From the NCBI GenBank assembly GCA_017412055.1, contig JAFQOW010000015.1:77602-141601 (forward strand): a DNA stretch of 64,000 nt, written 5' to 3'. Positions 54,204 to 64,000 of the stretch are shown here, piece by piece. The translations under genes were made by a program, and so were the position numbers. The stretch comes from Lachnospiraceae bacterium. GTDB taxonomy: Bacteria; Bacillota; Clostridia; Lachnospirales; Lachnospiraceae. Under the pieces are notes generated by a model, which saw only the letters and a program-made list of their open reading frames with translations, ran no database searches and had not been told where the DNA came from. Numbering within the stretch: position 1 is the first letter of the stretch; the number at the start of each line of letters is the position of its first letter.

Positions 54204-55100
54204 ATGAGTACAGGTAATTTAGCAAAAAAACAATCAAATAGTGCTAAGACATGGAAAACTGTTAAGAACAGTTTAGTACACGTTGGCTTGGCAATTATGT
54301 CAGCAATCTGGTTATTCCCTATTTTCTGGGTTGTAATGACAAGTTTAAGAGTTGAGAATGGCGGTGTAGGTTCATATACTAGCTATTTCTTCCCTAAGGA
54401 GCTTGGTTTTGATAACTACGTTAAGTTATTTACTGATACAAAGCTTCTTAACTTCCCTAAGATGTTTATGAATACATTGATAGTAGCTATATTTTCATGT
54501 ATAGTAGCTACATTCTTTACAATTTCAGTTGCTTACTGTATGTCAAGACTTAGATTTAAGGTTAGAAAGACATTTATGAACATTGCCATGATTATGGGTC
54601 TTTTCCCAGGCTTTATGTCAATGATTGCTATCTATTATATCTTAAAAACAGTAGGTTTAACAGAAGGTTCTAACATTCGTATAGCAATGGTACTTGTATA
54701 TTCAGGTGGTGCTGGTTTAGGTTTCTTGGTAGCAAAGGGCTTCTTTGATACTATTCCAAAGACACTTGATGAGGCAGCTCTTATCGATGGTGCTACAAAG
54801 TGGCAGGTATTTACAAAGATTATTATGCCTCTTAGTAAACCAACAATCGTTTATACAGTATTAGGTGCTTTCATGGGACCTTGGGTAGATTTCATCTTTG
54901 CTAAGGTTTTATGTGGTGTAAAGAAAGATTATTATACTGTATCAATCGGTTTGTGGAATATGCTTGAGAAGGAATATGTACATCAGTACTTCACAAGATT
55001 CTGTGCTGGTGCGGTATGTATTTCTATTCCAATTTCTATAGTATTCTTAAGTATGCAGGGATGCTACAAGGAAGGTATGTCAGGTGCCGTAAAGGGTTAA
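54204..55100 (+). CDS. sugar ABC transporter permease (MalG-like)
   Basis: EAA motif DEAALIDGATKWQVFTKIIMP. 6 TM helices. Confidence 0.85.
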   Translation: MSTGNLAKKQSNSAKTWKTVKNSLVHVGLAIMSAIWLFPIFWVVMTSLRVENGGVGSYTSYFFPKELGFDNYVKLFTDTKLLNFPKMFMNTLIVAIFSCIVATFFTISVAYCMSRLRFKVRKTFMNIAMIMGLFPGFMSMIAIYYILKTVGLTEGSNIRIAMVLVYSGGAGLGFLVAKGFFDTIPKTLDEAALIDGATKWQVFTKIIMPLSKPTIVYTVLGAFMGPWVDFIFAKVLCGVKKDYYTVSIGLWNMLEKEYVHQYFTRFCAGAVCISIPISIVFLSMQGCYKEGMSGAVKG

Positions 55101-55220
55101 TAGACAAATCAAATATTAAAAAATTGACAACAAAATATTGCAATCTTAGATTGCAGTATTTTGTTGTTTTAGGTTATAATCATAGTAATAAAGTTATTAT
55201 GATTATAAATAGGTGACAGA

Positions 55221-56891
55221 ATGAAAAGAATTACAGGTTTAATATTATTTGTAAGTATAATTGTTGTGTTGAGCACCAGTTGTGAGAAGAAAAAAGTGCA
55301 ATCGGTAAATAATGTGGTTAGCAATGAAGAACAAATGAAGCTTGCTTCGACGACTTCATTTGAAAAGTATCCAGAGCTTATAACTTACACGCTGGGAAAA
55401 GAGATAAGTACCAATAATTCTAACATGCCAAGTGAAGATACTTACGAGGATAATGCATATACAAGGTATCTATTAGAAAAGCTTAATGTACAAAATGTTA
55501 ATGAATTTGAAGCAATGGGAGATTTGTACAATACAGAGGTATCAATGTCAATTGCCATGAGTGATATACCAGATATTATGGTTGTTAATAATTATAGTGA
55601 TGTTGCGTTGATGTATAAGATGGGATTGCTAGCTGACCTTTCAGAGAGCTATGAGAATTGTGCCAGCGATGCTATAAAGGAAATGTATGAAAGTTATGGA
55701 AGTGAATTGCTGGATAGTGTGACGATTGATGGAAAGATTATAGCTATTCCTGAAACAAATATTGCAGAAGGACCAAATCTTGTGTGGTTAAGAAAAGATT
55801 GGATGGATGAGCTGCAATTGTCAGAACCTAAAACCCTCGAGGATGTAGAGTATATAATATCAAAATTTATAGAAGCTGATTCTAATAGGGTTGGACTGGT
55901 AACTACAGCAGTTCTTTGTGGTGAAAGTGGTTATAGTAGCCAATATCTTACAGATATAATATTTGCGAATTTTGGGGCATATCCAAAGCAGTGGATTCAA
56001 AAAGAAGATGGAAGTGTTGTGTACGGTTCTGTACAACCAGAGGTAAAAGAAGCATTAAGACACTTAAATATGTTATATGAAAAGGGAATTTTGGATAAGG
56101 ACTTTTTATTTAGAACAACATCTAACATAATAAGTTTAATAGAAGATGGAAAGTGTGGCTCATTCTTTGGACCATGGTGGTCACCAAATAATCCTCTAAT
56201 GTATACAGTAGAAGAAGATGAGAATGTGGAGTGGAAGGCATATCTTATTTCAACTAATGATGAAGGTGTTACAGTATATCCGTCTACCAGTCCTACTAGC
56301 TATAAATATGTAGTGGTTAGCAAGGAATGTGAGCATCCGGAGATTGCATGGAAAATTATAAGTACGCTATTTGATTATGCAAGATATCAGGATAAGGAGA
56401 ATACTGCAGAACTGGAAGAATATGATAAAAATGCGGTTGACCCAACAGCGAGACCGTTTGTTATAAATGTAGATTACAAGGATGCATTGAAAAGAAGCTA
56501 TTCAAATATAAGTATGGCAGTTAATGGCGAAAAAGATATAAACGATATAAATTCATTGGAAAAATCATACGCAGAGCAATGCATAGAATATTTGAATAGT
56601 GATGGAGAATTTTCAGCCCAGCAATGGGCAGCATATGAATCGCGAATCAGCGCGTGTTCACTTATAACAGGTGAGAATGTAAAAGAGATTAAGTCGTTAT
56701 TTTTTACAGCTACACCTACTATGGAACTGTATTGGTGGAAGTTAAAGGAACTAGAAAGTAATGTGTATTTACGAATTATTACAGGTGAAGTAAGTGTAGA
56801 TTATTTTGATAATTTTGTTAGTGAATGGGAGAACCAAGGCGGTGAAACCATTTCGAAAGAGGTTGAAGAATTAATCAACCAAAATAAATAA
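55221..56891 (+). CDS. large extracellular solute-binding lipoprotein (about 550-aa family-1 type)
   Basis: Signal peptide plus LSTSC lipobox. Size and composition typical of polysaccharide-ABC binding proteins. Confidence 0.7.
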   Translation: MKRITGLILFVSIIVVLSTSCEKKKVQSVNNVVSNEEQMKLASTTSFEKYPELITYTLGKEISTNNSNMPSEDTYEDNAYTRYLLEKLNVQNVNEFEAMGDLYNTEVSMSIAMSDIPDIMVVNNYSDVALMYKMGLLADLSESYENCASDAIKEMYESYGSELLDSVTIDGKIIAIPETNIAEGPNLVWLRKDWMDELQLSEPKTLEDVEYIISKFIEADSNRVGLVTTAVLCGESGYSSQYLTDIIFANFGAYPKQWIQKEDGSVVYGSVQPEVKEALRHLNMLYEKGILDKDFLFRTTSNIISLIEDGKCGSFFGPWWSPNNPLMYTVEEDENVEWKAYLISTNDEGVTVYPSTSPTSYKYVVVSKECEHPEIAWKIISTLFDYARYQDKENTAELEEYDKNAVDPTARPFVINVDYKDALKRSYSNISMAVNGEKDINDINSLEKSYAEQCIEYLNSDGEFSAQQWAAYESRISACSLITGENVKEIKSLFFTATPTMELYWWKLKELESNVYLRIITGEVSVDYFDNFVSEWENQGGETISKEVEELINQNK

Positions 56892-56912
56892 AAGTCTGAA
56901 AGGAGATAAGAC

Positions 56913-58592
56913 ATGAAGAAATTTAAAAAGATAGCATCGTTATTTTTTTCGATAGTTATGGTATGTTCTGTATTTACAGGATGCAGTAAAGGAAATGGTG
57001 ATGATGGAGCAACTACTGAACCAACTACAGTAGATAAGGCTAGTATGACACCAGAGGAGTATTACAATATAGATAGTTGGGAAAGCAGCGAGAATGTAAT
57101 TGATGATAATTATAGAAATTATTATCATATATTTGTGTATTCTTTTGCTGATAGTGATGGTGATGGTGTAGGTGATTTAAATGGTATTACATCTAAGCTT
57201 GATTACATTGAAGAGATGGGATTCAATGGTATCTGGCTTTCACCAATTCATCAGTCTACAACATATCATAAGTATGATGTAGTTGATTATTATAGTATTG
57301 ATGAAGAATATGGTACTATGGAAGACTTTGAAAAGTTTATGGAAGAGTGTGAGAAAAGAGGAATTAAGGTTATTCTTGATTTAGTATTCAATCATACTTC
57401 TACAAAGCATGAGTGGTTTAAAGAAGCTTCTGAGTATTTAAAAGGTTTAGAGTCAGGTGAAGAAGTAAATCTTGAAGAGTGCCCATATGTTGATTATTAT
57501 CATATAATGAAGAGCGATGAAGTGACAACTGGAAAGTATTATAAGATTACAGGCTCTGATTATAGTTATGAGGGTCAGTTCTGGGATCAGATGCCAGACT
57601 TAAATCTTGCTAGCAGTGAAGTTAGAAAGCAGATTGAAAAGGTTGCACAGTTTTGGGTAGATAAAGGTGTAGGCGGATTTAGATTAGATGCTGCTAAAGA
57701 ATTTTATACAGGACAAACAGAAAAGAATATTGAAGTGCTTAGCTGGTTTACAGATTATTGTAAGAGTTTAGATGAAGATTTATATTTGGTAGCAGAGGTT
57801 TGGGATAGCTTTTCAACTATTTCAAAATATTACACAAGTGGAATTACAAGTATATTTGACTATGCATATGGAGATTCTTCGGGGCATATTATTAGAGCAA
57901 TTCAATCAGCAGGTGATGGTAAAACAGGTAAGAGTTTAGCATCTACATTTGTAAAGACACAGGATGCATATTTAAATAGCAATCCTAATATGATTAATGC
58001 ACCATTCTTAAGTAATCATGACTGTGGTAGAATAGCTGGATTTTCTTCTGGTAAGCAGGAGAGAATAAAGATGGCAGGTGCTCTTAACGCGTTTATGAGT
58101 GGTAGTTCATTCACATACTATGGTGAAGAGCTTGGTATGAGTGGTTCTGGTAAGGATGAGAATAAGAGAGCGCCAATGTATTGGAGTGATTTTGGACAGA
58201 TGGATGGAGTATGTGCAGGTCCTTCAGCAATGGATGAAGTAAAGCAGAAGTTTGGTTCACTTGAGACACAGAAGCAGGATAAGTATTCAATTTACTGGTA
58301 TTACAGAAATATTTATCATATCAAAAATATGTTCCCTGAGATAGCAAGAGGTAAGGTTGCAGTTATGGATGCTATCGAAGATGGAAATGTATGTGCAATC
58401 AGCAAAACATATAATGACGAGACAATTTATATCTTATTTAACATCAATAAGGAAGCTACAACTGTTAAGGTTCCAACAGACAAATATAGCTATGAAGGTC
58501 TTGTAGCAAGTCTTGCAATTGATGAAAATGAAGTATCAATGGAAGGAGATACAGTTACACTTCCAGCATATGGAATAGCTGTGATAAAATAA
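56913..58592 (+). CDS. GH13 alpha-amylase-family lipoprotein
   Basis: Lipobox FTGCSKG. GH13 regions YYHIFVYSFADSDGDGVGDLNGI, DLVFNHTS, GFRLDAAKE, FLSNHD. Confidence 0.8.
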   Translation: MKKFKKIASLFFSIVMVCSVFTGCSKGNGDDGATTEPTTVDKASMTPEEYYNIDSWESSENVIDDNYRNYYHIFVYSFADSDGDGVGDLNGITSKLDYIEEMGFNGIWLSPIHQSTTYHKYDVVDYYSIDEEYGTMEDFEKFMEECEKRGIKVILDLVFNHTSTKHEWFKEASEYLKGLESGEEVNLEECPYVDYYHIMKSDEVTTGKYYKITGSDYSYEGQFWDQMPDLNLASSEVRKQIEKVAQFWVDKGVGGFRLDAAKEFYTGQTEKNIEVLSWFTDYCKSLDEDLYLVAEVWDSFSTISKYYTSGITSIFDYAYGDSSGHIIRAIQSAGDGKTGKSLASTFVKTQDAYLNSNPNMINAPFLSNHDCGRIAGFSSGKQERIKMAGALNAFMSGSSFTYYGEELGMSGSGKDENKRAPMYWSDFGQMDGVCAGPSAMDEVKQKFGSLETQKQDKYSIYWYYRNIYHIKNMFPEIARGKVAVMDAIEDGNVCAISKTYNDETIYILFNINKEATTVKVPTDKYSYEGLVASLAIDENEVSMEGDTVTLPAYGIAVIK

Positions 58593-60544
58593 TGAAATTT
58601 GTATATAACAAGAATGATTTAAGAACTCTAGCAAGAGCTGAGGAGAATTGTTACCTTATAACAAATGGTTTAGGTGGATTTTCATCATTAACTATAGGTG
58701 GTTCGTGTGCCAGAGGAGACCAGACTCTCCTCATGGCTGCACTTACTGCACCAAATAAGAGATATCAGCTCATAGCTAACACAATTGAAAAGCTTTATAT
58801 AGATGGTAAAGAATATCTATTGTCAGCTCAGCGTTTCTTAAAGGACGAAGATGAGTGGCAGGGCTTTAAGTATTTAAATGGATTTTCTTATGAGTATTTA
58901 CCTGAATATGTTTACAAGGTAGGTGCTGTAGAGGTTGTAAAATCTGTTGTGATGAAGCAGGGAGTTAATACGCTTGGTGTTAAGTATGAGATTATTAATT
59001 ATGGCGACGAGAAGGTTAGCTTAGAGGTTACACCTCTTCTTAATTTCTCACCTAAGGGTAAGATGCCAGCAAAGGACCAGAAGTTTGAATTTGCTGATAA
59101 CACAATTAAGAGTGAAGGTATAACCCTTAAGTTTACAACAGATGGAAAAGTTTCTTCATATCCAACAAAGAAAATAGAAGATTTTTATTATGCGTATGAT
59201 GAGAGAGATGGTAGAAATAGTGAGGGCTATGCTTTTTATAACCATACACTCACATTTGAAGGTGCTAAAGAGCATTATGTTATCTATAGCACAGATAATG
59301 CAGATGAGAATATTGATGAATTATTTGCAGGTGAAATAGATAGACAGGAGGAGCTTATTAAGACAGCTGGTTTAAAGAATGAGACAGCAAAGTGCTTAGT
59401 AAGAGGAGCAGATGCCTATATTACTTACAGAGAGTCTACAAAGGGTAAGTCAATCTTAGCTGGTTTCCCATTCTTTGAGGATTGGGGAAGAGATACTATG
59501 ATAGCTCTTGGCGGTTGTACTATATCTACAAAGCAGTATGACACTGCAAAGAGTATTCTCAGAACATTTATGAAGTATTGTAGAAAGGGTATTATGCCAA
59601 ATCTTTTCCCAGAGGGAGAGGATGCTCCTATGTACAATACTGTAGATGCTGCATTATTATTTATTAATGCTGTGTATGAATACTACAAGGCTAGCAAGGA
59701 TGTGGAATTTGTTAAGGAAGCTATGCCAACTATCAATGAGATTATTCATTGGTATAAGGAAGGTACAGATTTCCATATTAAGATGGATACAGACGGACTT
59801 ATTATGGCAGGAAGTGATTTAGAGCAGCTTACATGGATGGATGTTCGTGTAAATGATATACTTCCAACACCTCGTCATGGAAAGCCAGTAGAGATTAATG
59901 CATATTGGTATAATGGACTTATGATAGCTGAGGAGTTTTCAAAGCTTCTTAAGCTTTCAGATGAGGAAAAGGTAGCTGATTACAAGACACTTGCTGCACA
60001 GGTTAAAGAAAGCTTTATTAAGGAATTCTGGAATGAGAAGGAAAATTGTCTTAAGGATTTAGCATCTGGTACAAAGGCTGATTGTCAGATAAGATGTAAT
60101 CAGATATGGGCTGCATCTATGCCATATTCTATGCTAAATAAGGAGCAGGCAGATGGTGTTATAAGAAAGGTATTTGAAGAGCTTTACACACCAGTTGGTT
60201 TAAGAAGCTTATCACCAAAGGATGAAGAATTCCATCCTGTATATGTTGGTCCGATGGTAGAGCGAGATATGGCATATCATCAGGGAACTGTATGGGGATT
60301 CCCATTAGGAGGATATTATATAGCATATCTTAAGTGGGCAGAGGATAAAAAATACGCTGCCAAGGTATTGTATCGTCAATTAGAGGGTATTACAGCTACA
60401 CTTAGAGAGGGCTGTATCGGACATATTGCTGAGATATATGATGGTCTCAATCCAACAGATTCTAAGGGATGCTTTGCACAGGCATGGAGTGTTGGGGAGA
60501 TTTTAAGAGTATACGAAGCGTTAGAGGTTATAGAAAACAACTAA
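58592..60544 (+). CDS. amylo-alpha-1,6-glucosidase-family protein (glycogen debranching, GDE_C type)
   Basis: GFPFFEDWGRDTMIALGG and a downstream (alpha/alpha)6-barrel-like region typical of GDE_C. Confidence 0.7.
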   Translation: MKFVYNKNDLRTLARAEENCYLITNGLGGFSSLTIGGSCARGDQTLLMAALTAPNKRYQLIANTIEKLYIDGKEYLLSAQRFLKDEDEWQGFKYLNGFSYEYLPEYVYKVGAVEVVKSVVMKQGVNTLGVKYEIINYGDEKVSLEVTPLLNFSPKGKMPAKDQKFEFADNTIKSEGITLKFTTDGKVSSYPTKKIEDFYYAYDERDGRNSEGYAFYNHTLTFEGAKEHYVIYSTDNADENIDELFAGEIDRQEELIKTAGLKNETAKCLVRGADAYITYRESTKGKSILAGFPFFEDWGRDTMIALGGCTISTKQYDTAKSILRTFMKYCRKGIMPNLFPEGEDAPMYNTVDAALLFINAVYEYYKASKDVEFVKEAMPTINEIIHWYKEGTDFHIKMDTDGLIMAGSDLEQLTWMDVRVNDILPTPRHGKPVEINAYWYNGLMIAEEFSKLLKLSDEEKVADYKTLAAQVKESFIKEFWNEKENCLKDLASGTKADCQIRCNQIWAASMPYSMLNKEQADGVIRKVFEELYTPVGLRSLSPKDEEFHPVYVGPMVERDMAYHQGTVWGFPLGGYYIAYLKWAEDKKYAAKVLYRQLEGITATLREGCIGHIAEIYDGLNPTDSKGCFAQAWSVGEILRVYEALEVIENN

Positions 60545-60633
60545 GCTATAATTATTCAGAGCTATTAAAAAGGGTTTTGAATAGTTAGTTAAAAGGACTA
60601 CAACTATGAAAAAAGATAAGGAGTTTAGCTTGT

Positions 60634-62499
60634 ATGAAGAGTAGTTTAAAATTAAAGAAGCTGTATGAATCAGCAGAATTTAAGAGTCACCATATATATG
60701 ATGGCAATGATCTTGGTGCAACTTATAAGGACGGAAATGCTATATTTAAAGTATGGGCACCGATTGCAGATAAGATTAGTGTAAATATATATGAAAAAGG
60801 AACTCCTAAGGAAGAGGGAGATAAGTTATTAGCTACAAAGCCTATGACAAAGGGCGATAAGAGTGTATATCAGTGTGTAGTAGATAATTTAGGTGACCTT
60901 CACGGAAAATTTTACACATACGTTATCGAAACTGATGGTGAATCTGTAGAGACAGCAGATCCATACTGTGTGGCTTGCGGTGCTAACAGTATGCGTTCAA
61001 TGGTAGTTGATTTATCAAAAACAAATCCAGAAGGCTGGGAAAATGATAAGAAGCCTTCTATTCCACTTGAGGAAGCTGTAATATATGAAACTCATGTTAA
61101 GGATTTTTCATATGATGAGAATTCGGGTGTGTCAGAAGAAAAGCGTGGAAAGTATATTGCATTTACAGAGGATGACACTTATTATACAGCAGAAAATGGA
61201 GATAAATATCCAACATGTGTCAATTATTTAAAGCAATTAGGTGTAACATATGTACATTTGCTTCCTATAGCAGATTCTGGCTCAGTAGATGAGGCAGAGG
61301 CATATTATAATCCTGGTGACCAGTTTAACTGGGGATATGACCCTATGTTATACAATGTTCCTGAAGGATATTATTCTACAAACCCTTTTGATGGAACTGT
61401 TCGTATCAATGAGATGAAGCAGCTTGTCATGGCACTTCATAAGGCTGGAATCGGTGTAGTTATGGATGTGGTTTACAATCACACATATCACACAGATAAT
61501 CCACTTCATCACACAGCGCCATACTATTATCATAGAATAGATGAGAATGGTAATTTTTCAAATGCTTCAGGCTGTGGTAATGAAACAGCCAGTGAGCATG
61601 AGATGTATAGAAACTTTATGGTAAATTCTATTCTTTATTGGGCTAAGGAATACCATATTGATGGATTTAGATTTGATTTAATGGGTATTCATGATACAGA
61701 GACAATGAATGCTATTAGAACTGCATTAAATAAGCTTCCAAATGGAGAAAAAATTCTTCTCTACGGTGAGCCTTGGACAGCAGGTCCTACAGCTATGGCA
61801 GAAGGCTTTATTAGCTCTGTAACAGCCAATGCAGAGCATCTTATGGATGGTATATTTATATTCAGTGATACTATAAGAGATGCTGTAAAGGGTAGCGTAT
61901 TCGAGGCAGATGAGCCAGCGTATATTAACAGTACAGTGGAGGGCGCTAAAGCATTTGTTGATGAATTAAAGAAGGCTATTACATTGCCAAATCGTATAAC
62001 TTATGTATCAGCACATGATAATTTTACATTATATGATAAGCTTCTTATGTCAGTGGAATCAGAAAAAGAAGAGACTGTGGAAGCTGTGAAGAAGTATGGT
62101 AAGGGCACACCAAATGATGCATTTGCTCGCAAGGAAAATATCGCTAAAATCAATAAGATGGCGGCAGGTATTTATATGACAGCAGCAGGCATTCCATTCT
62201 TTCAGGCAGGAGAAGAGTTCTTAAGAACAAAGTATGGTGAAGATGACAGCTATAAGTCATCAGCTAAAATAAATATGCTTGATTGGAAGAGAGCATATGA
62301 GAATAAAGATATAGTAGAGTATTATGCTAATCTTATTAAAATTAGAAAAGAGCACAAGGAATTATTCCATATGTCAGATAATGGCGGTGCATCAGTTGAG
62401 TTTAAAGCAGCTGATGAACCTAAAGTTGAATTTGTAGTGGATAAAAAGGTGGAGGTGGTGTATAATCCATCTGAGGCTTGTGTCGAGATTAAAGCATAA
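60634..62499 (+). CDS. type I pullulanase (GH13_14-like)
   Basis: N-terminal CBM48-like region (GATYKDGNAIFKVWAP). Catalytic regions GVVMDVVYNHTY, GFRFDLMG, YVSAHDN. AAGGAG SD. Confidence 0.8.
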   Translation: MKSSLKLKKLYESAEFKSHHIYDGNDLGATYKDGNAIFKVWAPIADKISVNIYEKGTPKEEGDKLLATKPMTKGDKSVYQCVVDNLGDLHGKFYTYVIETDGESVETADPYCVACGANSMRSMVVDLSKTNPEGWENDKKPSIPLEEAVIYETHVKDFSYDENSGVSEEKRGKYIAFTEDDTYYTAENGDKYPTCVNYLKQLGVTYVHLLPIADSGSVDEAEAYYNPGDQFNWGYDPMLYNVPEGYYSTNPFDGTVRINEMKQLVMALHKAGIGVVMDVVYNHTYHTDNPLHHTAPYYYHRIDENGNFSNASGCGNETASEHEMYRNFMVNSILYWAKEYHIDGFRFDLMGIHDTETMNAIRTALNKLPNGEKILLYGEPWTAGPTAMAEGFISSVTANAEHLMDGIFIFSDTIRDAVKGSVFEADEPAYINSTVEGAKAFVDELKKAITLPNRITYVSAHDNFTLYDKLLMSVESEKEETVEAVKKYGKGTPNDAFARKENIAKINKMAAGIYMTAAGIPFFQAGEEFLRTKYGEDDSYKSSAKINMLDWKRAYENKDIVEYYANLIKIRKEHKELFHMSDNGGASVEFKAADEPKVEFVVDKKVEVVYNPSEACVEIKA

Positions 62500-62507
62500 T
62501 GTAGGTT

Positions 62508-62535
62508 TAAACCCTCGCCCTGTCGGCGAGGGTTT
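62508..62535 (+). terminator. rho-independent terminator after the pullulanase gene
   Basis: AAACCCTCGCCctgtcGGCGAGGGTTTT. Confidence 0.85.
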
Positions 62536-62900
62536 TATATGTGTTGGATAAGAATTTCAGAATCAAACGCTTTGTTAATTATATTTAGTCATTTTATAAG
62601 CTCTATGCTGTCTTTTCACATGCTACAAATATATGATTTTCTAAATACTTTGATTTAGGTTAATAATATAGAACGTGACCGGCGCCTATTCGCCATCCAT
62701 GGCTCAGAGACGCCTTATTCCAACATCGTGTTGGAATATCACTAGTTGAGAGCAAAGTATTAAGAAAATCTATATATTCTTCGCTATCGTGAAAGTGACA
62801 GCATAAAGTTATAAAATAACTAATTAAAACTTTTTATAAAGCGTTTGATTCTGAAATTCTTAATGGAATATATAAAACCCTGCCGACAGAGCTAGGGTTT
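62508..62900. repeat. ~390-bp imperfect palindrome with a terminator-like hairpin at each end
   Basis: AAGAATTTCAGAATCAAACGCTTT (62551-62574) is perfectly inverted at 62840-62863. The inner arms are inverted at ~75% identity. A second hairpin AAAACCCTgccgacagagcTAGGGTTTT at 62873-62900 is roughly the reverse complement of the 62508 terminator. Confidence 0.8.
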
Positions 62901-62912
62901 TAAGAAGTGAGT

Positions 62913-64000
62913 AGGAGTGCAGGATGAGACAGATTTGGATGTATATGAAAAATTATAAAAAGGAGACGGTGCTGGCACCTTTATTTAAGATGCTTGAGGC
63001 GTGCTTTGAGCTTTGTGTACCTCTTGTTATAGCTGGTCTTACAGATGTAGGTATTAGGAATGGTGACAAGGGATATATCGCAAAGATGGGACTTGTGCTT
63101 TTTGTACTTGCGGCTATAGGTTTTTGCTGCTCAGTGGTGGCACAGTTTTTCTCTGCAAGAGCAGCTGTAGGTGTGGCTACAAAGCTTAGACATAATCTAT
63201 TTAAGCATATTGAGAGCTTTTCATTTACTGAGATTGATAAGGTGGGAACATCTACGCTTATTACCAGAATGACCAGTGACGTTAATCAGGTTCAGTCTGG
63301 TGTAAATATGCTTCTTAGACTGTTCCTTCGTTCGCCGTTTATTGTATTTGGTGCTATGGTTATGGCATTTACTATAGATGTGAAATCAGCACTTATATTT
63401 GTGGTAACTATAATTGTATTGTTGATAGTTGTATTTGCCATTATTTTGTATACGATTCCAATGTATAAGAGAGTACAGAGCGCACTTGATAGAGTACTTG
63501 GAATTACGAGAGAGAATCTTACTGGTGCCAGAGTCATCAGAGCCTTTGGTATGGAAGATGAGGAGATAGAAGAATATGATAACAGGACTTCGCTTTTATT
63601 TAAGCTTCAGGTAGCTGTAGGTAGAATATCAGCACTGATGAATCCTGTTACTTTATTTATAATAAATTTAGCAACTATAATTTTGATTTGGACTGGTGGT
63701 ATTCAGGTAAATGATGGAAGACTTAGCCAGGGTGAGGTTATAGCCCTTGTTAACTATATGTCACAGATTTTGGTAGAGCTTGTAAAGCTTGCGAACTTGA
63801 TTGTAACCCTTACTAAGGCAGTAGCTTGTGGCAATAGAATAGAGGGTATCTTTGACATTCAGTCTACATTGGAATTAAAGGATATTATTGAAAATGAAAC
63901 TAAAGATAATAAGGATATATCGTCAAGTGAATATGCCATAGAATATGATAATGTATCTATAAAGTATAGTGGTTCACAAGAGGAAGCAATGAAGGATGTA
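62913..64000 (+). CDS. ABC transporter permease/ATP-binding protein (type I exporter, MsbA-like), 5' portion; runs off the window
   Basis: ATG at 62913 with GGAG SD. Six TM helices of an ABC exporter TMD. The ORF is open to the window end. Confidence 0.8.

Overview
This is a 64-kb chromosomal window from a low-GC Firmicute (Clostridia, Lachnospiraceae-like); the + strand is almost entirely coding. Conserved core: hrcA-grpE-dnaK-dnaJ and groES-groEL, each behind a sigmaA-type promoter plus a perfect CIRCE operator; glnS; an Ogg-type DNA glycosylase; a Cof-type HAD hydrolase; guaB; two COG0523 metallochaperone GTPases, one with a striking tandem His/Cys-rich repeat; a Thr T-box leader in front of a GNAT acetyltransferase and thrS; an AEC transporter. 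The last ~20 kb is a starch/maltodextrin/glycogen utilisation locus: divergent AraC regulator, GH13 alpha-glucosidase, glycogen phosphorylase, a YesN/YesM-like two-component system, a maltodextrin-type ABC transporter with two binding lipoproteins, a GH13 amylase lipoprotein, an amylo-1,6-glucosidase and a type-I pullulanase, ending in a partial ABC exporter. Accessory, AT-richer material: (i) an XRE regulator divergent from a membrane-tethered ECF sigma factor fused to a BspA-type LRR ectodomain, plus two surface lipoproteins; (ii) a small-peptide / FtsX-permease / ABC-ATPase cluster between dnaJ and glnS; (iii) most notably, a ~9-kb island (about 27.97-37.05 kb) between the COG0523 genes and the thrS T-box. 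It encodes two paralogous zinc-ribbon+TIR proteins (one fused to an 8-blade RCC1 propeller), a ribbon-helix-helix regulator with tandem palindromic operators, an SPFH/band-7 protein with five zinc ribbons, a membrane protein and a SIR2_2-family protein. I read it as a candidate Thoeris-like but architecturally novel NAD-targeting antiphage defence system. Other unusual structure: two long imperfect palindromes (~670 bp at 47.19-47.86 kb, ~390 bp at 62.51-62.90 kb), each right after the terminator of a catabolic gene; a dispersed ~50-67-bp repeat in three copies; and a shared ATGTGC-NN-GCACAT hairpin inside both chaperone operons. I found no rRNA, tRNA, CRISPR array, transposase or integrase.
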